From Clostridia bacterium (lineage in GTDB: Bacteria > Bacillota > Clostridia > Christensenellales > UBA1242), in the NCBI GenBank assembly GCA_041663585.1, contig JBAYMN010000005.1:1-50675 (forward strand): a stretch of 50,675 nt of DNA. The letters are read 5' to 3'. A model generated the notes under the pieces. It was not told where the DNA came from, searched no databases, and saw nothing but the letters and a program-made list of their open reading frames with translations. The translations under genes were made by a program, and so were the position numbers. Positions 9,096 through 17,312 of the stretch are shown piece after piece; positions within the stretch are counted from its first letter, which is position 1; the number at the start of each line of letters is the position of its first letter.

Positions 9096-9387
9096 TTTTA
9101 ATTCTCCTTTTAAGGCATTACAATCCATAATATGCATGGATTAAATTTTTGGTAATAATTAAGTTTTTTATAAAAATATTCTCTAATATAAATCATTTTC
9201 ATAATAGTTAACCTTAATTTAAATTATTGTAAAAATAGATTCGGTTCTTCATTATCATTGTATGTAAAAATTAGAAAAATAGTTTATAAGATATCACATA
9301 TTTTAACATATGTAAAAATCTGTTATTTTTGGTTACAGTTGCATATTTAAATTTAAGTACGACATACTAAATTTGAAGAGGGACATT

Positions 9388-10833
9388 ATGCTTAATAGCA
9401 AAAAACTTGAAATAAATAAGATTGTTTTTTCAAATGGACTAAATAATTGCCCTGACTTAATAATGCGAGAATTTAAAATATGCAAAAAAATTTCCGCTTG
9501 TTTAGTATATTTGAACACATTAGTAGATGCGGATTATATAAATCGGGATATAATCAGTAAAATTTTAGATTTGAAAGATGTTAAAAAAAAAGATATTTTT
9601 AAATACATAAAAGAAAATGTAATTTCAAATTCCGAACTTAAAGTTGTTGAACTTGAAAGTCATGCAATTGATTTAATTCTTACAGGTAATGCTATATTAC
9701 TAATTGATGGCGAAGATAAAGCAATAGCACTATCTATTCAAGGTTGGAAATTACGACCAATACAAGAGCCACCAAATTCGGTTGCAATTAAGGGCCCACG
9801 AGAAGGATTTACAGAAGATATAAAAATTAATATTTCACTTTTGAGAAGAAGACTTGTTACTCCTGACTTGTATATAGAAGAAAAAACAGTAGGCAAATAT
9901 ACAAAAACCAAAATATGCGTGTGTTACATAAATACTATTGTAGATAAAGAGATTGTTAAGGAAATAAATAAAAAACTAAATGAAATTAGTATAGACGGAA
10001 TTATTGATTCAGCGTATATTCAAGAATTTTTAGAACCATTAAATGATAGCATTTTTAAGCAATCAGGCTCATCTGAAAGACCAGATGTTATAACTTCAAG
10101 GCTATTAGAGGGAAGAGTCGCAATTTTAGTAGATGGTTCACCTGTTGTTATTACAATACCATTTGTTTTAATAGAAGATTTTCAAAATCCAGAAGATTAT
10201 TATGGAAAAACTGCTCGAGCAATTTTTGTTAGATCTATTAGATTTATCGGAATAATGTTCTCGTTATTTTTACCTGGAATTTATGTTTCAGTTTTATTAT
10301 ATCATTATAGAGTAATACCTTTAAGGTTGCTAATTACTATTGCAAATGCAATTGAAGGTATACCAATGACTCCGGTAATAGAAACATTTTTTATTATAAT
10401 ACTATTTGAAATTTTATATGAAGCAAGTTTGCGAATGCCTAAATATTTAGGCATGGCTCTTTCAATTGTAGGGGGAATTATTATTGGCGATATGGCTATT
10501 AAATCAGGCATAGTAAGCCCACCCGCTTTAATAGTAGTTGCACTAAGCGGACTAACCATTTATACCGCACCCGATGCCGCCCCGCAATTATTTATAATGC
10601 GCATAGGTTTTACAATTATGGGTGCAATGCTTGGTTTTTTGGGAATTGTACTTGGAATAGTATTTGTGCTTGCACGACTTTCAAATTTTGATTCTTATGG
10701 GGCAGCATACTTAGGGCCATGGGCACCAAACATTCCATCTGGTAAAAATGATGCAATAGTTAAAGCCAAAACAAAAAATATGAGTGAAAGACCTGAAAGT
10801 ATACCAAATATAAACAATGTGAGGACAGAATAA
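9388..10833 (+). CDS. Spore germination protein, GerA/GerKA family (A subunit)
   Basis: Soluble N-terminal domain plus C-terminal membrane helices, typical of GerAA-type proteins. Start placed at the ATG behind GAAGAGGG. First gene of an A-B-C operon. Confidence 0.8.
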   Translation: MLNSKKLEINKIVFSNGLNNCPDLIMREFKICKKISACLVYLNTLVDADYINRDIISKILDLKDVKKKDIFKYIKENVISNSELKVVELESHAIDLILTGNAILLIDGEDKAIALSIQGWKLRPIQEPPNSVAIKGPREGFTEDIKINISLLRRRLVTPDLYIEEKTVGKYTKTKICVCYINTIVDKEIVKEINKKLNEISIDGIIDSAYIQEFLEPLNDSIFKQSGSSERPDVITSRLLEGRVAILVDGSPVVITIPFVLIEDFQNPEDYYGKTARAIFVRSIRFIGIMFSLFLPGIYVSVLLYHYRVIPLRLLITIANAIEGIPMTPVIETFFIIILFEILYEASLRMPKYLGMALSIVGGIIIGDMAIKSGIVSPPALIVVALSGLTIYTAPDAAPQLFIMRIGFTIMGAMLGFLGIVLGIVFVLARLSNFDSYGAAYLGPWAPNIPSGKNDAIVKAKTKNMSERPESIPNINNVRTE

Positions 10834-11969
10834 TGAAAAAAATAACAGCGGGGCAAGCCGGCGTATTAATGTTTCTATCATTCTGTTCTTCTAAATTTTT
10901 AACTATGCCCTCAGCGATTTCCGCTATGGTTGGTCGTGACATATGGGTAGTTGCCACATTTGCTTTTATACTAGAAACAATTCCTATTTATTTTATTTTA
11001 AAATTTATGCAAAAATATCCGGATAAAAATTTAAAACAAGTACTTGAAAAAATGACTGGCAAAATATTAACAAAAATCATTATAATATTTTATGCAATAA
11101 CATTTTTTATAAAACTTGTCATATTAAGCAAAGAAATACATAATTTCCTTATTGATGCACTTTATGATCGTGTCACATGGGATTTGTATTTAATTCCCGT
11201 ACTGCTGATTATGGGATATGTTACATTTTTAGGATTACGATCTATTTGTAGAACTAGTCAAATATTTATTTATGTAATAGTATTTGCACTTATAGTGGCG
11301 TGTTCGATAGGTTTAATGAGTGCGGATATAACAAATACATTACCAATTATGCAAAATGGATTTGGCGTAGTTTTTCACGGGACAATTAAACATTTATTTA
11401 ATTTTAGTGATAGTATAATTTTATTGATATTTTTGGGTAATGTAAAACCTGAACCTAAAATGGCAAAAAAAATCGGATTTGGCATTGGTTCCGCAATGAT
11501 TATTACTATTATTTTCTATATTATTTTTAATGCGGTATATGATAATTTGTCGCTAGGTAATAGGCAAGGTATTGCAAATATAGCACAATTTATTCCAAAT
11601 ATATCTTCGGTGCTTAGACTAGATTGGTTTACTACTATAATTTGGATAGTGGTTGTTTTATTAAAATTTTCAACATTGATGTATTGCGTATATGTTTGCT
11701 TACTTGATAGTTTTGGATTAAAAAATAACGGATATGTGCTAATAGGAATAGGTGTTGCTGTATATCTTATTAGCATAATTCCAACCTTAAACATTGAGTT
11801 AACAGCAAAAATATTTTATAGCACACCATTTACGATAATGGGATTAGTACAGTATGTGATACCATATGCATTCTCAATATTTTTAATAATAATGAAAAAA
11901 GATCAAAAAAAATTAAAGCGTAATAAAATAAATGGATTGCTAATTTCGGAGGCATGCAAAAATGTTTAA
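10833..11969 (+). CDS. Spore germination protein, GerAB/GerKB family (APC-type permease subunit)
   Basis: About 10 TM helices. Starts MKKITAGQAGVLMFLSF. ATGA overlap with the upstream gene. Confidence 0.8.
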   Translation: MKKITAGQAGVLMFLSFCSSKFLTMPSAISAMVGRDIWVVATFAFILETIPIYFILKFMQKYPDKNLKQVLEKMTGKILTKIIIIFYAITFFIKLVILSKEIHNFLIDALYDRVTWDLYLIPVLLIMGYVTFLGLRSICRTSQIFIYVIVFALIVACSIGLMSADITNTLPIMQNGFGVVFHGTIKHLFNFSDSIILLIFLGNVKPEPKMAKKIGFGIGSAMIITIIFYIIFNAVYDNLSLGNRQGIANIAQFIPNISSVLRLDWFTTIIWIVVVLLKFSTLMYCVYVCLLDSFGLKNNGYVLIGIGVAVYLISIIPTLNIELTAKIFYSTPFTIMGLVQYVIPYAFSIFLIIMKKDQKKLKRNKINGLLISEACKNV

Positions 11970-13398
11970 AAAAATATTTAAAAATAAAATTTTTGTTTGT
12001 TTTTTAATAATTGTAATTATGTTTTTTCCATCAGCAATGTTTACTCCCTCTGAAATTTCTGGGCGAGTCATTATTACAGCAATAGGCATTGATGCCACAC
12101 CAATAGATAATCAAATCATGTATGAAGTAACAGTACAAATGCTTAGAGCGGGCGGGGCTAGCGGAAACACATCAAATAATCTAGGAATAGTATCGGTTAC
12201 CGCAACGGATATAACGGCGGCACTAGATTTAATTCAATTAAAAGTGGGTAAAAAAGTTGGATTCGCGCTATGTAAATTAATTATTTTAAGCGATAGCGTG
12301 TCTAATGAAAATCTTGTTAATGTATTAGACTATTTTATAAGAAGTGAACAATTAGGACTTAATACTGTGTTAATTAATACAGATGCCCGTGCAAAAGAAA
12401 TTATTCAAACAAGTGCTGAGTTAGATAATAATTCATCGTTTTCACTACAAAGAATAATGGATTTTAATATGGAGCATATTAATGCCACAAGTACAAGTAT
12501 TGGTGACTTTTTTAAAGAATACTATTGCTATGGTAAAGCCAGCATTATGGCTTTTTTACAATTAGAAGATATAATTTCAGAATCAAGTGAACAATCTTCC
12601 GGTGGGTCAGGTGGCGGTGCTGGTAGTGAAAGTAATAAAGGTAGCGAAAGTGGCTTAGGCGGTTTGGGAGGCGGAAGTGGCGGAAGTGGCGGAAGTAACG
12701 GGAGTGGTGGAAGTGGCGGAAGTGGCAACGAATCATCAGGTGGACAACTCACGGATTCAAGTGATCTAACAAAAAAAGCAATAATAACAAAAGGTACATT
12801 AAGTGGTGGCGTTCAAAGTTCTTCTAATATGATACCGGCTGTTATTAATGAAGGGCGTTCAGCGGTTTTTAAAAAAGGAGTAAAAGCTGGAATGCTTAAT
12901 CTAGAACAAACAAGAGCAATTAAATGGTTAAAACCATCAGGCGATAATCGAGGGACGCTAACATTAAAAAATGTCAATGGGAAGGATTTTCATAGTGCTG
13001 ATGTTACGGTAAGAGTGGAATCAAAAAATTTGAAATTAAAGGCATATTTTGATGGCGATATTCCTGTATATAAAGCGGTTGTAAATATAGATGTAAAAGT
13101 TTTAGAAATTTTACAAGAGGATATATCTATTGATCTTTTAAGCACACTAAGAACATTTGTTGAATGGCCACTGGAAGATGCAATTAGAGCACAAATTCAA
13201 AGTGAAACCCAAGACATTTTTGATTATATGAAAACAAACGATGTTGACATAATTGGCGCATGTAGATTTTTTAGTAAATATCAACTAAAAAAATGGAATA
13301 AATATTTAGAGCCATATAAATTGGGTGAAAATGACTATGAGGGATATTTAGAAAATATAAGGCTTGAAGTTGAAGTTAATATTTATTCAAAATATTAA
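11962..13398 (+). CDS. Spore germination protein, Ger(x)C family, with an inserted Gly/Ser-rich linker
   Basis: N-terminus like GerAC (VIITAIGIDATPIDNQIMYEVTVQM). Overlaps the B gene by 8 nt; RBS GGAGG. The insertion is SGGSGGGAGSESNKGSESGLGGLGGGSGGSGGSNGSGGSGGSGNESSGG. Confidence 0.75.
   Translation: MFKKIFKNKIFVCFLIIVIMFFPSAMFTPSEISGRVIITAIGIDATPIDNQIMYEVTVQMLRAGGASGNTSNNLGIVSVTATDITAALDLIQLKVGKKVGFALCKLIILSDSVSNENLVNVLDYFIRSEQLGLNTVLINTDARAKEIIQTSAELDNNSSFSLQRIMDFNMEHINATSTSIGDFFKEYYCYGKASIMAFLQLEDIISESSEQSSGGSGGGAGSESNKGSESGLGGLGGGSGGSGGSNGSGGSGGSGNESSGGQLTDSSDLTKKAIITKGTLSGGVQSSSNMIPAVINEGRSAVFKKGVKAGMLNLEQTRAIKWLKPSGDNRGTLTLKNVNGKDFHSADVTVRVESKNLKLKAYFDGDIPVYKAVVNIDVKVLEILQEDISIDLLSTLRTFVEWPLEDAIRAQIQSETQDIFDYMKTNDVDIIGACRFFSKYQLKKWNKYLEPYKLGENDYEGYLENIRLEVEVNIYSKY
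12640..12730 (+). repeat. 9-bp tandem repeat (ggcggaagt)n encoding (GGS)n inside gerC
   Basis: ggcggaagtggcggaagtggcggaagtaacgggagtggtggaagtggcggaagtggc. Confidence 0.7.
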
Positions 13399-13443
13399 GA
13401 ATAAAAAAATTTACAAGCAAATAAATTAAACTAAAAAACAACT

Positions 13444-13547
13444 TGATTTTTGATAGTTTAAATGATATAATATCCGCATACAGTTAAATTAACTGTTCCT
13501 TGTTTTAACTTTAAGTTAAAGCCGTTTAGTCCAAAAGGAGGTGCAAT
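13444..13547 (+). promoter_or_regulatory. Sigma-A promoter (TTGATT-16-TATAAT) plus structured leader of the rpsF-ssb-rpsR operon (possible S6:S18 autoregulatory leader)
   Basis: TTGATT at 13444-13449 and TATAAT at 13466-13471. The leader has two hairpins (cagtt-aaatt-aactg and ttaact-tta-agttaa) before the RBS AAGGAGG. Confidence 0.45.
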
Positions 13548-13832
13548 ATGAATAAGTATGAAATTTTGTACATTATTTCAGGAAGTGCAGATGAAGTTAC
13601 TCGTGATGCCTTAACCGAAAAGTTTAAGGATTATGTTATTACCACAGGCGGAACTGTTGATAACATTGAAAAATGGGGACTCAAAAAATTTGCCTACCCT
13701 GTTAATTACAAAAATGAAGGTTATTATGTTCTCATGAACTTTACTTGTTCGGCTGGAGTTCCCGCTGAAATGCAAAAGCTTATGCAGATTACCGAAAACT
13801 TAGTTCGCAGTATGTGCGTACGCAAGGATTAG
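13548..13832 (+). CDS. rpsF: 30S ribosomal protein S6
   Basis: MNKYEILYII... matches the bS6 family. Operon context with ssb and rpsR. Confidence 0.9.
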   Translation: MNKYEILYIISGSADEVTRDALTEKFKDYVITTGGTVDNIEKWGLKKFAYPVNYKNEGYYVLMNFTCSAGVPAEMQKLMQITENLVRSMCVRKD

Positions 13833-13861
13833 AAAAAAATTTTTAAAATGGAGAAAAAATA

Positions 13862-14287
13862 ATGAATAAAGTTATTTTGATTGGAAATTTAACAAAAGAT
13901 CCAGAACTTGCCACTACTACAAATGGCATATCTGTATGCCGATTTACCTTGGCTGTAAGTCGTAAGTATAAAAATGCAGAAGGCGAGTATGAAACAGACT
14001 TTTTAAATGTAGTTGTTTGGCGCGGACAAGCCGAAAACTGTCACAAATACTTACGAAAAGGTAGCAAAGTTGCCGTCGTTGGTGCTATACAAACTCGTTC
14101 GTATGATGCGCAAGATGGTACAAAAAAATATGTTACCGACATTGTAGCCGATGAAGTAGAATTCTTATCTACAAAAAACAGTGAAACCGGAGATACCAAA
14201 AAATATGAAGCAGGCACAGATAATAAAGGGGCAAAACCCCCTGTAACAAATTTAGAGCCTGTTGATGATGATAGTCTTCCGTTCTAA
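13862..14287 (+). CDS. ssb: Single-stranded DNA-binding protein
   Basis: OB fold with the [13 protein letters not shown] start and an acidic tail ending DDDSLPF. Confidence 0.9.
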   Translation: MNKVILIGNLTKDPELATTTNGISVCRFTLAVSRKYKNAEGEYETDFLNVVVWRGQAENCHKYLRKGSKVAVVGAIQTRSYDAQDGTKKYVTDIVADEVEFLSTKNSETGDTKKYEAGTDNKGAKPPVTNLEPVDDDSLPF

Positions 14288-14312
14288 TAAAATATTAATA
14301 GGAGAAAAAATC

Positions 14313-14588
14313 GTGTCAGAATATAAAAAGAAAGATTATGGAAACGCCGATGATAAACTCGGCAAAAAAAGCAGAAGACCACTTAAAAAAAAGGTTTGTT
14401 CATTCTGTGTAGAAAAAGTAGAAAATATTGACTACAAAGATCTTGCTAGATTAAGAAAGTTCATCACAGAAAAAGGTAAAATATTGCCTCGTCGCCAAAC
14501 TGGCGTTTGTGCAAAACATCAACGTGAACTTGCAAGTGCAATTAGGCGTGCAAGAGTAATGGCACTTTTGCCATTTAAAGGTGAATAA
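14313..14588 (+). CDS. rpsR: 30S ribosomal protein S18
   Basis: ...[12 protein letters not shown]...[31 protein letters not shown]. Start moved to the GTG at 14313 behind GGAGAA; the track ORF started inside ssb. Confidence 0.85.
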   Translation: MSEYKKKDYGNADDKLGKKSRRPLKKKVCSFCVEKVENIDYKDLARLRKFITEKGKILPRRQTGVCAKHQRELASAIRRARVMALLPFKGE

Positions 14589-14592
14589 TTTA

Positions 14593-14618
14593 AAAAACTA
14601 CCGAAAGGTAGTTTTTTA
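14593..14618 (+). terminator. Rho-independent terminator, aaaactacc-gaaa-ggtagtttttt
   Basis: Perfect 9-bp stem plus T-run directly after the rpsR stop. Followed by a 7-bp microsatellite (gtaaaat)x4. Confidence 0.7.
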
Positions 14619-14664
14619 AATGTAAAATGTAAAATGTAAAATGAAAAATTAATGTATAAATTCA

Positions 14665-15375
14665 TTAAAGTGAAGTTGAGTAAAGTGCAATAGCGACCGC
14701 GGTTTGTAAATTTAATGAATCTATAATCGTGCTATGTGGTATTATCACACATTGCCCGACTGTTTTAAAGTTATCAGTAAGTCCGCTTGATTCGTTGCCA
14801 AATATAAATGAATAAGGCATTTGTGGTTTTAAATCTTGTAATGGCTTACTTGCTGATAACATAAATGGATAAAAATTACGGTTTTCAGGCTGTAATTTTT
14901 TATATTTTTCAAAGGTATCAAAATATTCAAAATTAATATGAAAAATTGCCCCCATTGAAGCACGGATAGTTTTGGGGTCAAATATATCAACTGCGGGCTT
15001 TATTATTGCTAAATCAGTGGCTGTAAATCCCGCCATAGAACGCATAATTGTTCCTAAATTGCCGGAATCTGAGGGATTAACAAGTACGATATGTTTATTC
15101 TTATTGTTTATTTTACAATTGTATTTTTTAAAAAAACCTACTGCATAGCAATTACTTTTAGGAGATAGGTTATTTATTTGTTTATCATTAATCTCACATT
15201 TAATGTGATGCTCTTTACATAATTCTTTTATTATTTCTATGCCATCACTATCTTTGGTTTTTGAAAAAATTGCAACCATAGTGGCATATTCGTATTTAAA
15301 CTTTAACAGTTCTATTGTTAAAAATACACCAAGCGTGTAAGAATAATCATACTCTTTTTTATAAGTTTTAATCAT
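14665..15375 (-). CDS. TrmH/SpoU-family RNA 2'-O-methyltransferase
   Basis: SPOUT motifs NLGTIMRS and IFGNESSGL. RBS AGGAG. Confidence 0.75.
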   Translation of the reverse strand: MIKTYKKEYDYSYTLGVFLTIELLKFKYEYATMVAIFSKTKDSDGIEIIKELCKEHHIKCEINDKQINNLSPKSNCYAVGFFKKYNCKINNKNKHIVLVNPSDSGNLGTIMRSMAGFTATDLAIIKPAVDIFDPKTIRASMGAIFHINFEYFDTFEKYKKLQPENRNFYPFMLSASKPLQDLKPQMPYSFIFGNESSGLTDNFKTVGQCVIIPHSTIIDSLNLQTAVAIALYSTSL

Positions 15376-15537
15376 ATTTGCTCCTAAAATTATTATAGCA
15401 TTAAATCATTATAAACTCCAATTATTTTTTATAATTAATAAAATGTTGCATAATTAATAAATATAATAAAATTGACTTTGATACTTAATTATTATATACT
15501 GTAAATAGATAAATTTTAACTTTTTGAGGTAAAAATT

Positions 15538-16401
15538 ATGTTTCCTATTGAAGTAATTAATCTTAAAAAAATGTATGGCAATACCATCGGTACACTAGAC
15601 GTATCGTTTAATGTACACGAAGGTGAAATTGTAGGCTTTATTGGACCTAATGGAGCAGGTAAATCTACCACTATAAAAGCAATACTAGGACTTATTAAAC
15701 CAACATCAGGTAAAACTACTATATTTGGCGTAGATGCTTTTAAGAATGGGGATATAAAAAAGGAAGTAGGATATGTTCCTAGTTCGAATGCACTTTACGA
15801 AAATATGACCGCCATTGATAACTTTAAATTAGTTGCAAAATTAAAAGGCAGAGGTATGGAAAGAGTGAAAGACCTTGCCACGAGATTAGATTTTAATGTT
15901 AGTCGTAGAGTAAAAGAATTATCTTTTGGTAACAAAAAGAAAGCGATAATAATAGCCGCTCTTATGTCCAGTCCAAAACTTATTATTTTAGATGAACCGA
16001 CAAGTGGCTTAGACCCTATTATACAACAAGCATTTTTTGATATTTTGCGTGAAGAAAATGCGCGCGGTGCTACAATTTTATTGTCAAGCCACATATTATC
16101 AGAAGTGCAAAAAATTTGCAATAAAATTGTGGTAATTAAACAAGGCAAAATTTTGACCGTAGAACAAATGGATACGCTTAGAGCAAAGCATTTAAAAGAA
16201 ATAACATTTGAAACTAATTACAGCACATCACCATTACTACTCAACGGTGCTTCAAATATTGTTCAACAAGGAAAACTGTACAGTTTTGAATATAATGGTG
16301 AAATTAAAAAACTTATGGATTATCTAAGCGCTACTGATATTTTTAATATTACAATCTCAGATTGTGAACTTGAAAAAGTATTTATGCATTATTACGAATA
16401 A
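15538..16401 (+). CDS. ABC transporter ATP-binding protein (ABC-2 type)
   Basis: Walker A GPNGAGKST, signature LSFGNKKK, Walker B IILDEPTSGLD. TTGACT-17-TATACT promoter at 15462-15490. Confidence 0.85.
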   Translation: MFPIEVINLKKMYGNTIGTLDVSFNVHEGEIVGFIGPNGAGKSTTIKAILGLIKPTSGKTTIFGVDAFKNGDIKKEVGYVPSSNALYENMTAIDNFKLVAKLKGRGMERVKDLATRLDFNVSRRVKELSFGNKKKAIIIAALMSSPKLIILDEPTSGLDPIIQQAFFDILREENARGATILLSSHILSEVQKICNKIVVIKQGKILTVEQMDTLRAKHLKEITFETNYSTSPLLLNGASNIVQQGKLYSFEYNGEIKKLMDYLSATDIFNITISDCELEKVFMHYYE

Positions 16402-16439
16402 GAAACATCTACATTTGTAATAAAATAAGGAGAAATTTT

Positions 16440-17264
16440 ATGAAATATGTTCCTCAAAAAATAAACAAAAATCCATTTAAAATATTGTTTAAAAATGAGT
16501 TTAAACAACATTTAAAGTCTTTTATTTGGTGGACAGTAATTATATCAGTGGTTATGTTTTCTTTTATTGCTTTATATCCACTAATGGCAGATATGATTAA
16601 CTTAATGAATGCGGTACCATCAGAAATGATGGACGCAATGATAGCCATAACAGGCGGAGACTTAACGACAATTACTGGCTATTATGTTATGGAATCTACT
16701 GAAACACTTTTGATTGCGGGCTCTATATTTGCAGGTTTACTAGGAGTGTCACTTATCAACAAAGATTTTAATGGTGGAAGTTCGGAATTTTTATACGCAC
16801 TCCCCGCTTCAAAAGGCGAGATATGGCGTAGTAAACTAACAGTTTTATTTACTCAAATTTTTTTGTTTAATTTAATTGTTTCATTGACTTCGCTTGCTGG
16901 AATGTATATTTTTGGTTCTGGCGTTAATATAGGCAGTTATTTTGCTTATTTCGGATTAGTGTTTATACTACAATTAGAGTTTGCAATCGTTTGTTTTTCT
17001 CTTGCTAGTGCTTTTAAAACAAAAGCAAATGCAGGAGTTGCAATGGCGATAATATTTATTTCTTTTATATTGAATATTATTAGAAATATTATTACGGAAG
17101 CAAGTTTTATAAAATATATTTCCCCGTTTGCTTATGTTAGCGGACTTGTAATGACAAATGGATTAAGTGAAGTAAACTTTGTATTACTTGCAATTGGTGC
17201 GGGTATATCAATTGTTGCACTTCTATTTGGAAGAATAAAATATAGTTACATAGATGTTGCTTAA
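16440..17264 (+). CDS. ABC-2 family transporter permease
   Basis: Six predicted TM helices. Coupled to the upstream ATPase. RBS AAGGAGA. Confidence 0.6.
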   Translation: MKYVPQKINKNPFKILFKNEFKQHLKSFIWWTVIISVVMFSFIALYPLMADMINLMNAVPSEMMDAMIAITGGDLTTITGYYVMESTETLLIAGSIFAGLLGVSLINKDFNGGSSEFLYALPASKGEIWRSKLTVLFTQIFLFNLIVSLTSLAGMYIFGSGVNIGSYFAYFGLVFILQLEFAIVCFSLASAFKTKANAGVAMAIIFISFILNIIRNIITEASFIKYISPFAYVSGLVMTNGLSEVNFVLLAIGAGISIVALLFGRIKYSYIDVA

Positions 17265-17272
17265 AATTATAA

Positions 17273-17306
17273 AAAGCCCCGCTTACATATTGTAAGCGGG
17301 GCTTTT
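17273..17306. terminator. Bidirectional rho-independent terminator, aaaagccccgcttaca-tat-tgtaagcggggctttt
   Basis: 16-bp GC-rich perfect stem between convergent genes. Confidence 0.75.
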
Positions 17307-17312
17307 TACATA

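Noticed and set aside
12528-12752. Pro/Leu-rich (PPLPPLP) and His/Arg-rich minus-strand ORFs
   Set aside because: These are reverse-complement artefacts of the (GGS)n-encoding ggcggaagt repeat inside gerC.
14262-14312. N-terminally extended track ORF for rpsR ([10 protein letters not shown]...)
   Set aside because: This stretch overlaps the ssb 3' end in another frame. Trimmed to the GTG start with RBS at 14313. A similar extended start for rplK (21948) was trimmed in the same way.
14619-14652. Short tandem repeat (gtaaaat)x4, considered as a CRISPR or mini-array
   Set aside because: It is only a 7-bp unit with no spacers, so it is a microsatellite after the rpsR terminator. No cas genes are present anywhere in the window.
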